Under the pieces are notes generated by a model. It saw only the letters and a program-made list of their open reading frames with translations. It was not told the origin of the DNA and ran no database searches. From the NCBI GenBank assembly GCA_964016885.1, contig OZ024741.1, forward strand, positions 119,102,001 to 119,166,000: 64,000 nt of DNA. The letters are read 5' to 3'. The translations under genes and the position numbers were made by a program. Below, in pieces: positions 28,081 to 41,569 of the stretch (its first letter is position 1; every line of letters starts with the position of its first letter). The stretch comes from Eledone cirrhosa. Lineage: Eukaryota.

Positions 28081-28337
28081 TAGCTCAAATTTAGACAATA
28101 AATTTTCCAAAGCGATCGCGCCAAGAATACATTCAAAAATGGCTAAGAATCGTGACGTAGCAGCGGTCAGGTTAGAAGGAATGTGATTAGTTGCTTACAG
28201 CTGGTGGCTTTTTGCTAGAAAGCGCAGTGGTATATATTTTATCTGGTGAATATATAGACATGTTTTATGATATATAGCTCTGATTATTTAATTTATTAAC
28301 TTTTCATTGAGCCACAAAGTGACCCGTTGCAAAACAC

Positions 28338-28375
<38 letters not shown>

Positions 28376-28576
28376 CTTTATATGTAATAATCTCCCGTTA
28401 GGTTGAGATACAATTTTGGCTGTATTGTGCTGCGCTTTCTAGCAAAAAGCCACCAGCCGTAAGCAACTAACCACATTCCTTCTAACCTGACCGCTGCTAC
28501 GTCACGATTCTTAGCCATTTTTGAATGTATTCTTGGCGCGATCACTTTTGAAAATTTATTGTCTAAATTTGAGCTA

Positions 28577-28654
28577 ACTTCCTGAAGAGTTCGGTGCTCT
28601 AGGTGTCCGAAGCTATCCGATATCTTAAAATGCGGACGAAACCATGGTCGAGGT
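28577..28654 (+). ncRNA. Type I hammerhead ribozyme, second copy
   Basis: As 28003-28080, with GUUCG/CGGAC (G-U wobble) in stem II. Confidence 0.85.
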
Positions 28655-28998
28655 AACTAAATATGTTCACTTTTCTCCTAGTTTATTTTACACCTAATTC
28701 TGTTTAATTGACTGTATATCTGGGCGATTCATACACGCTGTCGAAATATTCGATAAATATTCCGTCGCAGCCGGCGCGAAGGGCTGATTTCGGTTATTTG
28801 TCGGAGATTTCTTCATAGAAGCCTTTATTCTTATAGCTTGGTCTAATCGATTTTTTATATGGTTAATTATGCTAATTGGGAGAGGAAATGGTATATATTT
28901 TATCTGGTGATTCTATAGACATGTTTTATGATATATAGCTCTGATTATTTAATTTATTAACTTTTCATTGAGCCACAAAGTGACCCGTTGCAAAACAC

Positions 28999-29065
<67 letters not shown>

Positions 29066-29153
29066 GAAAAATTGAACAGGGATAGAACAGAGAGGCAGTA
29101 CGACAAATGTTTATTAAATTCACGCTCAGGAGAGTGGGGGCTAGGTGGAGGAC

Positions 29154-29181
29154 GACGTTTCGGGCATAAGCCCTTCTTCAG
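29154..29181 (-). ncRNA. Minimal hammerhead core in a pLTR-like remnant (~29063-29360)
   Basis: Core identical to 20122-20149 although the flanks differ. Confidence 0.75.
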
Positions 29182-29380
29182 GTGAGAGTTCAAAAGGTGT
29201 GTAGGGGAGTGGTGGAGAGACATATAGCGAAAGGAAACGGTGCGAATGAAAAATTAACAAATAAAGACAAAAATATAATAAATAATAAATAAAAATAAAG
29301 CATGATCAAAATACAAGGAATGAGAACATTTAAAAATAAAGGCATGATCAAAATAAACTGAAATATATATATATGTAAAC

Positions 29381-29463
<83 letters not shown>

Positions 29464-30063
29464 CATGCATTGCACACTGATGGGCATATACATATTTGTA
29501 CACAAGTATTCCAATACGGCAGGGCCTAATGGATTCCCCTTGCAGTACGTACAATCTGGACACTCACACACACCTTGGTATTATGCCAATACTATATATC
29601 ATTTCACACCTTTTATTATTAAGGTTTTTGATGTTCTCTTGAGAGAACCGTTTTTGCTGAAAATATCGAATAATGTACACCATTTTTACCAGTATCACAA
29701 AAATACTGGTCTACCCACACACAGACACACACACACATATACACATACACACACATATATACACACACACATACATACGCGTACACTAACATACAAAGAG
29801 ACATACACACACACACACACACACACTTCTCCGTATAAGACAAGAGCTGAAAAATATCTTTTAACATGTTAAAATTTCCCCCCACACACGTACAGACACA
29901 TTCCTACTGACCGATCCCTCTACCACGAATTACTCTGCTACACACACACACACACACACACTTGTCTTAATAGGCACCTGAACTGTTGACCTGTCAACAT
30001 GACTGCAATTCACACACACATCCCTACTGACCATTATCACAACAATGAACCTCTTTACTACTA

Positions 30064-30115
<52 letters not shown>

Positions 30116-30519
30116 TTGTCTTAAAAGACTTATTTTTCAGTGACTTCTCAATCAGCCGAGACAAACCTACATTTGGCGCAAAATCAATTTTTAACATTCA
30201 CATAACCTCTACCGACCAATCAAAATTGTTTGACCACAAGAATTTTTGCAATACAAATTGGCGCGAAACTTATTTTAATACATCTGGAGCCACTTTTTTC
30301 ACATAAAACAGGTAGAATTTCCAAAACTAATCAGATTAGAGCAAACATCACGGGCGCTCTATCTCAAAGTTATTTTTGAAAAGCATTAGAAATGCGCAAC
30401 CGGTAAAAACTTAAAACCAAAACTGAATACTAACCAATACTTATTTCTAATTTTTACTTATTCCTAATTAAACTATTTTTCACTGGGAACAATTTGTCAG
30501 CATTTTCTTTTCCTTTTAC

Positions 30520-30584
<65 letters not shown>

Positions 30585-30841
30585 CTTTCTAGTTTTTCAA
30601 ATCCTAAGCGAGCCATGATGAGTCCAAATGCATATTTTAAAAAATCTCCGGAGGAGATTGAGAATATTGTTTTAAAACGTTTTTGTTTAAAATTCACGAA
30701 ACAGAATTTTGAATGTAAGACAAACTGTTGGGGTGGGGTGAAAATGTTGTAAATGGTTTCATTCATTCAAAACGTCAGAGTTCACTGCCAACACTGTTCT
30801 CTCTTTCCCTCTCTCCCCCTCTCTCTCCCTCTTTCCACGCG

Positions 30842-30923
<82 letters not shown>

Positions 30924-31568
30924 GCTTTTGATTCCAGAGTCGTGCGCGATCACTGCTGATCGTACCTTGAGCTGATCGATCGTGATACGCTCGTCACGTG
31001 TGAATATATATATTAGCATTATATTGACACTTCGATCCTGCAACTTATTGTTGTTACGGTCCTTCGCATTCTAAGTTCAAATCCCACCGAGGTTAGCTTT
31101 GCCTTTCATCCTTAAGGGGTCGATAAAATAAAGCACCAGTAATGCTCTGGGGTCGGTTTAATCGACTTTCCCCTCCCCAAAAATTGCTGGCCTTGTGCCT
31201 ATATAAGAAACCATTATTATATATGTGTGTGTGTATGTGTGTGTGTGTATCTATGGTCCTGTAACTCTTGATGGAGCCGTAGGGACATGGTATTGACGTA
31301 CGGCGTTTCTAGGGTATTTCTTTAAACCTGGCGGCGCCCATTCTTCTCAAGGCCTGAGTACAGCAAATTTCTTTGGGAGAAGAATAAAAAGTGAGAGTGA
31401 GGAAGTGAAAAAGAGATACAGAGGAAGAATTAACGCCAGTACTAGACTGGTACTTTATTATCGACCTCGAAAGGATGAAAGACAAAGTTGAACTAGGCAG
31501 GATTTGAACTTAGAGCGGCCGAAACGAATACTGCGAAGCATTCTATCCAACGTTCTAACAACTGCTTA

Positions 31569-32514
31569 TCTATATATATAAAACTGTGGTTGTCTGTCTG
31601 TCTATCGATTTTTGGCACACATCTCCTCTTAGAATCTCTCACGGAATTGCACCGAAATTGCTATACTTGTACATTGAGCCCTAGCGAAGACATCGGAAAA
31701 AAAAAATTTCAAATTGACCTATGTGACGAAATCGAATATAATGTATCGATTTTTGAGCGTAAGTTATCAGTTATTTCCCTTTGTTCTGTTTACATTGAGC
31801 GTCTTACGTAAAAAATTACGCTGGCTTTAACAGTTGTCGAGCCAGCAAAATATTGACCTGCAAAATTCATCAGTTCGAACACTAAGCTTCCGTTTTGCTT
31901 CATTTCCATTTAAAAGCATTTTAAAACAATATTTTTACTTGAAAACAAGTCTATTTAAAGACTACGTAAAACAAGCAAATATTTCGTCGTTAGGCGTGCA
32001 GACAGACAGTCGTGCAGACAGACAGTCGTGCAGAGAGGTGATATACGCGTGCAGACAGATAGTCGTGCAGAGAGGTGATATAGGCGTGCAGACAGACAGT
32101 CGTGCAGAGAGGTGATATAGGCGTGCAGACAGACAGTCGTGCAGAGAGGTGATATAGGCGTGCAGACAGACAGTCGTGCAGAGAGGTGATATAGGCGTGC
32201 AGACAGACATAACTGATAATTTGGTTACGCTAATGTTTTTCTCTGCGTTGCAGTGTTTACATTTTCGATCTTTGTTAATAAATAACCAGTGCAGTTTCTA
32301 TCCCCAGCATCCTCTTTTGTTATAACATTCGGGTTATCGTTATGTTTTCTTAACTTCATAAGGCATATTGTTGGTTGAGGGAATATTAATCAAAAACACC
32401 ACATGCAAGTCTGCACAGTAGACACTACAGTTTTTAAGCCAAGAAAGAAACTTAACATTGTAACTTTAACACAGCTACTGAGCGACCCCGAGCAACGCCG
32501 GGCTTTACTGCTAG
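31569..32514 (+). mobile_element. Non-autonomous Helitron
   Basis: A|TCTATATATATAAAA start; CCCG-AGCAACGC-CGGG hairpin then CTAG|T; internal ~37-bp tandem repeat at 31992-32208. Confidence 0.85.
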
Positions 32515-32688
32515 TATATATATAAAATTAGAATTGGTGCTCTGAAATAGCGATGTATATATGAATGTATATATAGTGTATTTGGTAATACACTGTATGC
32601 TTAATTAAAAGCATTTTGAAGACCTTACGCTATTCTTTTAAAGTAGTGACTATGTCACTTACTTCTTTTTTCAACAAACAAAGGGAGA

Positions 32689-32736
32689 TAAGCTGACAGA
32701 TCTCTGTTTCATACTGTTGGTATTCCTCAGAGCTTA
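32689..32736 (-). ncRNA. Canonical type I hammerhead ribozyme
   Basis: UAAGCU-CUGAGGA-AUAC CAACA GUAU-GAA-ACAG AGAU CUGU-C-AGCUUA: all three stems Watson-Crick, GUC triplet. Confidence 0.9.
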
Positions 32737-33733
32737 GCACTCCACTTGTCTGTTGAAAAATTACGAATGTTGGATTCTTATAGAATTCCAGTAATAATCA
32801 GGAACTGATTATACATAGCGGTTGCCGGTCCAGCAAAAACTAAAAATTGAATTGGTGCTCTGAAATAGCGATGTATATATGCGATGCATAATAGCGTAAG
32901 GTCTTCAAAATGCTTTTAATTAAGCATACAGTGTATTACCAAATACACTATATATACATTCAATCAATGATAAACATTGATTGCCAAATGAATTAACTAT
33001 GGAGATATAAAAGATACAGAAGCGAAAACCACCCAAACAGTGAGTGTGTTCTGTTATTATTTCTGGCAATATTATTACAACAATATGACCCTCCCCAAGT
33101 ATAACAATATTTGTTTCGACACACGATTTCATATCAAATACTTTGCAAAACAAATATATATATATATATATATATCCTCTGTCCTGGGTATATATGTAAG
33201 TAGACAAGGCAGATATGACATTTACTAAATAAGTACAAATCAATAGCTTTATATATCGAATATCGATCATGTTTGATCGTGCCATATATAGAATTCTTAT
33301 GCTGTTTCCAGATCACAGTTGCAAATAATTTACTCTTACTCCATAACTCCCTTTCTTCCCCTCTCCTCTCTTTTTTCCCTTCTTTCCCTTTCTCTCCTTC
33401 TGCCCTCTTTCATTTCCTCCATATTCTCGATCTTTCTCTCTCTCTATCTCCTCTCTATCTTTCTTCACTACTTCTCTGTTACACAATTTAACCCACTTTG
33501 CAACTCACAAGCCACACACACACACACACTCTCTCTCTCTCTCTCACCCTCTCATATATATGTATATATATGAGGGAGGGAGAGAGAGAGGGGGTGACCC
33601 TACGAGAAACAGGTGAAACTCAAAAGTAACAAGACTCGCTATTTACCCTTAATAAAATGAATATTTAAACTCCACTTCGGTATTGAGATACTCTTTTCTC
33701 TTGGCCGTCAACTATATACGGATACATACATAC

Positions 33734-33806
<73 letters not shown>

Positions 33807-33810
33807 ATAT

Positions 33811-33866
<56 letters not shown>

Positions 33867-34022
33867 AAGCCTTGTGAGTATGCCCTGAACATAATTCTCA
33901 GGGAGATTCAGAATGATATAAAACGTGATAAGACTGACCCATTTATCACAGGTATAGCTAATTTTGAGCAGCTGAGTGCACTGGAACAACATGAAATAAA
34001 GTGCCTTGATCAAAGACAATAG

Positions 34023-34583
34023 TCTAAAGTCTAAAGTCTGTCTTAAGCCAGAAGGCTCATTTGGCCGGTGCTTATCCCAGTTTCATGGCGTGAAGCGACT
34101 GAGAGTACAAGACTCCCCCCTGGAGAGGACGCCAGTCCATCGCAGGGTTAAACCTCCAGCTATTGCTGGTACTCATTTTAAGCTGAGAATACTGGAGCAA
34201 CGTAAAATGAAGTGTCTTGCTCAAGAACACAACACGCAGCACAGGAATCAAACCCACGACATTATGATCGTAAGTCCAACACTCTTACCACTAGGCCACG
34301 TGCCTCCACTCTTAAGCCAGAAGGCTCATTTTGCCGATGCTTATCCCGGTTTCATGGCGTGAAGCGACTGAGAATACAAGACTGTCCCCTGGACAGGACG
34401 CCAGTCCATCGCAGGGTTAAACCTCCGGCTATTGCTGGTACTCCTTTTCAGCTGAGTAAACTGGAGCAACGTGAAATAAAGTGTCTTGCTCAAGGAAACA
34501 ACATATCACCCGGTCCGAGAATTGAACTCACAACCTTTCGATTGCAAGCCTAATGCTCTAACCACTAAGCCATGCGCCTTCAC
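34023..34583 (-). mobile_element. Dimeric tRNA-derived SINE inserted into an older SINE
   Basis: Two ~270-bp units (34040-34310, 34311-34583), (AGACTTT)n tail, 12-bp TSD CAAAGACAATAG at 34011-34022 and 34584-34595. Confidence 0.85.
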
Positions 34584-35041
34584 CAAAGACAATAGATCAC
34601 CATGTATTGAACCTATGACCTTACAATCGTCAACCGAATATCTTAGCCACTAAATTACAGACCTCCACTGTTTATCTGTATATCATTTCTCATTTGCTAT
34701 GTGTTGCAAGAGATAATATATGTACCCGTATACCCGTAACTGCTGGTGAAGTCGTAAGGGCAGTGCAGTGATATACAGCAGTTTTTAAAACTTGGCAGAG
34801 CTCATCTCTTCTCCAGGTTTGAACACAACTGAGTTCTCCCAGAGAAGGAGAGCGAGAAATAGAAAGGAAAAATCGACACCAGTACTACACTGGTACTTTT
34901 TTATCGACCTTAAAAGGATGGAAGGCATAGTTGACCATTGCAGGATTTGAACTTAGAGCGCAGAAAACCTGAACGAAAGGATTTTATCTAACGTTCGCTA
35001 CCTAAGAGATGCATATTAGATGCATAACTCTCTCTCTCCCC

Positions 35042-35076
<35 letters not shown>

Positions 35077-36169
35077 TCTCTCTCTCGTGTAAAATTATTA
35101 ACAGTTAAAAAACTGTTTTTCTAAAGTTGACTTTCTGAAATTGGGTGTCTATATAGATATATATTGTTTTACATTTGTAGTGGTCGTTCTGTCCGTGCAT
35201 GTCGATCGTATAATCGTATCTTATTTTGCACGAGTTTTTTATTTTTATTCCTGCTTCAGTAGTTGTTTTGTATCATCTACCTAACAATTATGTCTTTTAT
35301 ATGCTGTTTTTCTTTTTTAAATTGTCATTTTCTCTATTACATATATAAATTGTTATTTCATGTATTTGACGTCGCTAAAGATTTTAATGATATATTCTAT
35401 AGAGGAATTGCAATTTTTGGCTGATGTCTCTAAACATCCATTCTTTTCCATTGGTTAAATTAATGGTTACTTTGTTTTATAATATGCTATATTACTGGTA
35501 AAGTAAAACAGAATAGAAACAGCATATTTTCAGGGACAGTCAGCATCGTGGTCTCGGCTGTAGAGCCTATGAGACGGGGTCCGGCCAGTACTTTGTTCCG
35601 GGACCCAAGAGCTAAGATGGCCCCACAGCAACCATGCAAGATCCATTTTGAGAAAAGTCTTTGCTTACTTTGGGCCCTAAAGGGGTCTTGTACAGCCTTT
35701 CAAGATTTCTTTTGGAGGCCCTGCCTACTCCCGCCGAACGGGAAGATTGTCATGCCATCTGGACTTTTACCACCCTTTGTTCCGTTCCTGTTGAAAATTC
35801 TTAGGCCTCCACTGCCACATTAGCTGGTCTAGCGTTTCCAGATGTTTAAACTATTTCCAGTTTCGGCCACAGTTAAAAAAACAATATTTGTGTCTACCAT
35901 GTGAATATTCCCCGGTTTATGTTGGTCACTAGGTACTTTAGTATTGAGAGTAGGGAGTGGTGGGTTGGAATAGTGATTTGTATAGATCAACACTTCGTTT
36001 GGTTTTTCGTTTCTATAATTATGTTTTTGTGTGTGTATGTGTATATAAGTCTCAGCTGCGATTGTCTGTTTCTTTCTTATTGCTTCCCCTCTCTCTATAT
36101 ATAAGTATATGTATGTATATGTATATATCTATATATATGAGTATGTGTATATACATGTATGTATATGTT

Positions 36170-36240
<71 letters not shown>

Positions 36241-37024
36241 GGTTGAGTAAGCAGGGACTATATGATTGTGAAATTAAACACTATCATATAGACATGTAAG
36301 CGTTAACGGATGAATGATTTTACATGCATGCAAGGATTGCAAGTACACGCAAGTGAACGTGTGGAAAATATGCAGCATCCTGCAAGGTTATCGAGTCTAG
36401 AAGAATATTGATCGATATGAAGTAAAATCATGCATAATATCAATACAGTTCGAATGTTAATACGAAAGTATCAATATCTTGCGCAATGTAGTTCATTGAT
36501 TTTTCGATTGACTCCTTTTCTAATATTTTTTAATAGATACAGACTCAGCCATACAAGTGAACATATGCATACATTACATGCCTGCATACTTCCCATAATC
36601 TCTTACTCACAATTACGCCCATTCTTCCTACCACAAGCACATACGGGTATACATATATGTTTACCTGTGTATACATTATGTATAAGAGAACGAAGATTCA
36701 CTTTCAAATATTTTTAAAAATTTATTATCCAAAGTGGTACGTGTTTCGCAGATGATTGGCTCTAGGTCATGATCGATACGATAGACCTGATTCCTGTATC
36801 AATCAGCTGCCCATCAAACGTGTAGATTAGAATCAAAATATTTCCACCAACTACAAACATATGATATACTGATAACGAGCGAAAAATAAATTTTCTACTG
36901 GAATCCCCCAGTTTAAATAGTAGCATTAAGTTATCGTATTAGTGCCGCTTACAGTAATTAATATACATTACTAAATAATCTACATATCATCATCATTATC
37001 ATCATCACCATTTAACGTAGATCC

Positions 37025-37370
37025 TCAACACCTAGAGTCCATGTTTCGTTTCCATGTAGCATTGCTGTGCACACACAGGCATCGTGCAGCTTGCCTTTTA
37101 TCTTTTATAGCTGGCAACGGCAGTAACTCCATGAACTTTTTCCATCCTGTCCTTACAGGCAACTGTACTTTCTACGCATCCACCTTCGCTGCTGATTTGG
37201 TTACCCAAGTGGCAGAAGCGGTCAACTATTTCTATGGGGTCTTCTGTGCAATTGAAGGAGCTTATTTCCTGAGGGTCTTTGCTTACTACCCCTGTGCATC
37301 ATCCACATATGAAGTCTGTGTTTTTTACTAGCCTGCCTGTTTCCCCACTACATCTCTTGTGTACCAACAG
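37025..37370 (-). pseudogene. RTE LINE RT fragment
   Basis: IEIVDRFCHLGNQISSEGGC...VRTGWKKFMELLPL...KGKLHDACVCTAMLHGNETWTL. Confidence 0.75.
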
Positions 37371-37492
37371 TTTACATTTGAGACACCGAATCTATTTTAT
37401 TTGGATGAGTAGTGAAGAGGGCGCGCGATGTAGAGCTGGAAAAGGGTGTTAAATACCCTGACGCCAGCTTTGGTTGTCGGCATTGTCTATAA

Positions 37493-37647
37493 TAGTCATG
37501 GGCAAACTGCAAACCGCCAACCGCATGAGGCCCATTTGGCTTTTTGAATGGCATCCTTAATTTCACAATTTTTTAGTAGTGCAGCTCGCCTTACGATGAG
37601 TTGCATCCATATGCGGCCCACTGCTTGAAAAAGGTCGGACATTCCTA
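37493..37647. mobile_element. hAT (Charlie-like) MITE
   Basis: 8-bp TSD GTCTATAA on both sides; subterminal GGCCC motifs. Confidence 0.75.
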
Positions 37648-37949
37648 GTCTATAACATACATATGGCTTCCACTGTTTTTGGAAGTGTAATAAGCTGCAA
37701 AGAAATACATTGAAATCATTTTCTTTAGTACAACTACCAAACAGACATGTGGCAGTGTTACACATAGAGATAGAACAAGACTATAAAACAATATATATTT
37801 TAAAATGCAAATTTCCTAGGAAACCGATTTGTTGTTTAGATAATTGGCAATCTCTTTGTTATGTAAGGGTAGCTAAAATGTCAAAGTTGTTGAAAAACTC
37901 TTAATAACATTGCTTAGAATAGATAATAATAACAACAACAATAATAATA

Positions 37950-38312
37950 ATAATTGTTTCTTATATAGGCACAAGGCCAGCAATTTGAAGGGAAGGGGAA
38001 AGTTGCTTAAATCGACTCAAGTGCATTACTGGTACTTTATTTTATCGACCCCGTAAGGATGGAAGGTAAAGCTGAACCCATGGGATTTGAACTCAGAACA
38101 TAAAGGGAAATAGCTCTATGCTGCAAAGAATGGTGTCCGACGCTCTACCGATTCTGCCAATCCACCACCCTAATAATAATAATAATTGTTTCTACTTTTT
38201 GGCACAAGGCCAGCAATTACCCAGTGCTTGACTGGTATTTTATCGACCCCGTAAGGATGAAAGGCAAAGCTAACTTCGGTGGGATTTGAACTCAGAACAT
38301 AAAGGGCCGTAA
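37950..38312 (-). mobile_element. Two SINE A copies
   Basis: Central domain and tail matches. Confidence 0.8.
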
Positions 38313-38722
38313 CAACAACAACAACGGTGATGATGTATTTATTGGCCACTGAGGCCAAACTCAGGCTCAAAATATATCTACCTTGACAAGAAGCCAAAAC
38401 TGACTGCATACTCAGACTATCATATGTATTGTTCTATTACTATTATAGGTGTTGTTGTTGTTATTAATTATTGTTGTTAGTTGTTGTTCTATTATTATCA
38501 ATAAACTTTAATGTTGCGAAGTCTGGCTCATTTTCATCTTTCTTGATTTAATGTTCAATTTACCATTGTTGTTTGACGTCTATTAAATTACTTCTTCATG
38601 GTTATCTATATATTTATCCCTCTCTCCTTCTCTCCCTCTCTCTCTCTCAATATATATATATAATACACACATATATATACATACACTCACACATAATAAT
38701 GCCTATATATATATATATACTT

Positions 38723-39066
38723 CATCATCATCATCATCATCATTTTACGTCCGCTTTTCCCTGCTTGCAAGGGTGGGACAGGAACTGATTCTGGCTTGAT
38801 TTCTACAGCTGGATGCCCTTCCTAACACCAACCTCATTTACAGTGAGTGCTGGGTGCTTTTTTTCCATGGCGCCTACACGTCCACTTTACAGTGGAATGA
38901 TAAGGACCCCAGTCCCTATCATCTCATTTCTACAGCTGAGTAAACTGGAGCAATGTGAAATAAAGTGTCTTGCTCAAGGAAACAAGACATCACCCGGTCT
39001 GAGAATTGAACTCACAACCTTTCGATTGCAAGGCCAATGCTCTAACCACTAAGCCATGTGCCTCCA
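38723..39066 (-). mobile_element. tRNA-derived SINE family B with RTE-type tail
   Basis: Reverse complement of 45383-45726. Confidence 0.9.
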
Positions 39067-39114
39067 TACATATACAATTATATATATGTGTGTGTGTGTG
39101 TATATATAATATAC

Positions 39115-39232
<118 letters not shown>

Positions 39233-39263
39233 CATATATATGTGTATATGCATGTATGAATAT

Positions 39264-39303
<40 letters not shown>

Positions 39304-39353
39304 ATTCATACATGCACGTACACATATATATGTAATATATGCACACATACACA

Positions 39354-39431
<78 letters not shown>

Positions 39432-39432
<1 letters not shown>

Positions 39433-39843
39433 CCGACCTTACCCAATTACACCTCTCAAAGACAATGACACACGACCGTGACTTCTGGCGTCACGCAGTA
39501 ATACAGAGTACCCGACCTCACATGGGTACAAGCTGAAGCATATAGACAATATGCCCCCACACCCTCCACCGCAAGGTGGTCGTGGAGGTGCCACGGCAAA
39601 AAAGCACCCAGCCCACACTGTAAAGTGGACGTGTAGGCGCCACGAAAAAGCACCCAGCACTCACTGTAAACGAGGTTGGTGTTAGGAAGGGCATCCAGCT
39701 GTAGAAATCAAGCCAGATCAGTTCCTGTATGAGCAAGGCATGGTCAGCCGACCAGACACTGCCCACAACAGGACAACCCGTCTAACTCATGCTAGCGTGG
39801 AAGAACGGACGTAAAACGGTGATGATGATGATGATGATGATGA
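39432..39843 (+). mobile_element. RTE LINE 3' end (ORF terminus, 3' UTR, (TGA)n tail)
   Basis: ADLTQLHLSKTMTHDRDFWRHAV...*; the UTR shares a block with SINE B; ends CGGACGTAAAACGG(TGA)n. Confidence 0.7.
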
Positions 39844-39968
39844 TATATACAAACAAGTCGATTAGTACCTGCTATATGGCGGCTACAACATTGATTCATT
39901 CCTAATATTATATATGTAAAAGAAGTGTAAGTCAACAGGTTAAAATTAACTTCGTTTATACATATTCG

Positions 39969-40025
39969 CTGTTATATATATTTCGGTGATATCCATTATT
40001 CAATGGCTATGACCTCATCAGACAG
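39969..40025 (-). ncRNA. Type I hammerhead ribozyme
   Basis: CUGU-CUGAUGA-GGU..CCAUU GAAU AAUGG..ACC-GAA-AUAUAUAU-A-ACAG; downstream tail also present at 19812-19856. Confidence 0.8.
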
Positions 40026-40194
40026 TTAGAAAAACATAATGATGGAACAAAGTTTACCTCCGTTATTTCGGTCTTTTGATATACCTTGTCCCGAAGTATG
40101 GTGTTTTTTTCTCAAAGAACTGATGGCATATGCACATTTTATTGAGTGCTCTACCCTGTATACTGAAGTGTTGGTAATCAACCAACACACTCAA

Positions 40195-40234
<40 letters not shown>

Positions 40235-40238
<4 letters not shown>

Positions 40239-40630
40239 GTGCATGGCTTAGTGGTTAGAGCATTGGGCTTGCAAGCGAGAGGCTATGAGTTCAATTCTCA
40301 GACCGGGTGATGTATTGTTTCCTTGAGCAAGACACTTTATTTCACATTGCTCCAGTTTACTCAGCTGTAGAAATGAGATGATAGGACTGGGGTCCCTATC
40401 ATTCCACTGCAAAGTGGTCGTGGAGTTGCCACTGCCACGGCAAAAAAGCACCCAGTCCACACTGTAAAGTGGACGTGTAGGTGCCACGGAAAAAAAAGTA
40501 CCCAGCACTCACTGTAAATGAGGTTGGTGTTAGGAAGGGCATCCAGCTGTAGAAATCAAGCCAGAATCAGTTCCCATCCCACCCTTGCAAGCAGGGAAAA
40601 AAGCGGACATAAAATGATGATGATGATGAT
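40235..40630 (+). mobile_element. SINE B
   Basis: Head TGGCTTAGTGGTTAGAGC, internal duplication, (TGA)n tail. Confidence 0.9.
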
Positions 40631-40636
40631 ATATAT

Positions 40637-41372
40637 ATATCAAAATAAATTAACGGAGTCATAAACTCGCATTGGTCCCTGTAATTTATGAGCTCAAAGG
40701 AAATAGAATCCTGGGCTCTTCAAATATAATATATAGAAAAGATAACACATGAGAGAGAGAGTGTGTTTATCAATGTACAGGGAAAACCATCAGTGTATGG
40801 AATCTATAAACTATGAAAGGTGAGGTAGATGCATAATAATTAAAAATATATATCAGAATGAATTTACCCACCTCTATAACTATATATCACACACCTACAA
40901 ACTGAACGAGATTTGTATCGCCAAAAGATTAGTGAATGGAAAGAAACACCCAGGTTGATCAGCGTGTGGTAAGTGAATACATTCCACACAACTCTAAGGG
41001 AACTTAAGATAACTGCCTTGCAACACGTGGTAGAGAGAAGGAAATATGTGCATGAGACAGTAAACTAGTGGCTTGGGTGGGAGGAGCCGCGAAAAAGCAG
41101 CCCAAAACCACTCAAATAAGGGAGCTCGACATAAACAGAGAGAGAGAGGACTGTTATAGGAGCAATATATCAAAATAAATTAACGGAGTCATAAACTCGC
41201 GTTGGCCCCTGTAATTTATGAGCGCAAAGGAAAGAGAATGCTGGGCTCTTCAAATATAATATATAGAAAAGATAATACATGAGAGAGAGAGTGTGTTTAT
41301 CAATGTAGAAGGAAAACCACCAGTGTATGGAATCTATAAACTAAGAAAGGTGAGGTAGATGCATAATAATTA
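40637..41372. repeat. ~205-bp direct repeats 530 bp apart
   Basis: 40637-40841 vs 41167-41372; few substitutions. Confidence 0.85.
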
Positions 41373-41569
41373 TATGTTATATATAATTATATATATATAT
41401 ATATATATATAATGTATTATATATATATAATGTATTATATATATATAATGTATTATATTTAAAGGTTAAACAAGGTTCAATGAATAAATCAAAGAATGAG
41501 TTTTACAATAGATTGGAAGCACTCAACAGTTATGGTTTTCTGGAGTTATTAATATTAATTCAATAACTA

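Larger units (their letters stand above)
27722..28999. mobile_element. Inverted pair of ~500-bp PLE pLTR-like units
   Basis: 27722-28226 is the reverse complement of ~28430-28935; the 3' tail is also repeated directly at 28227-28339; each plus copy ends in (TA)n. Confidence 0.85.

Noticed and set aside
31992-32208. CRISPR-like 37-bp repeats
   Set aside because: No variable spacers; minisatellite inside a Helitron.
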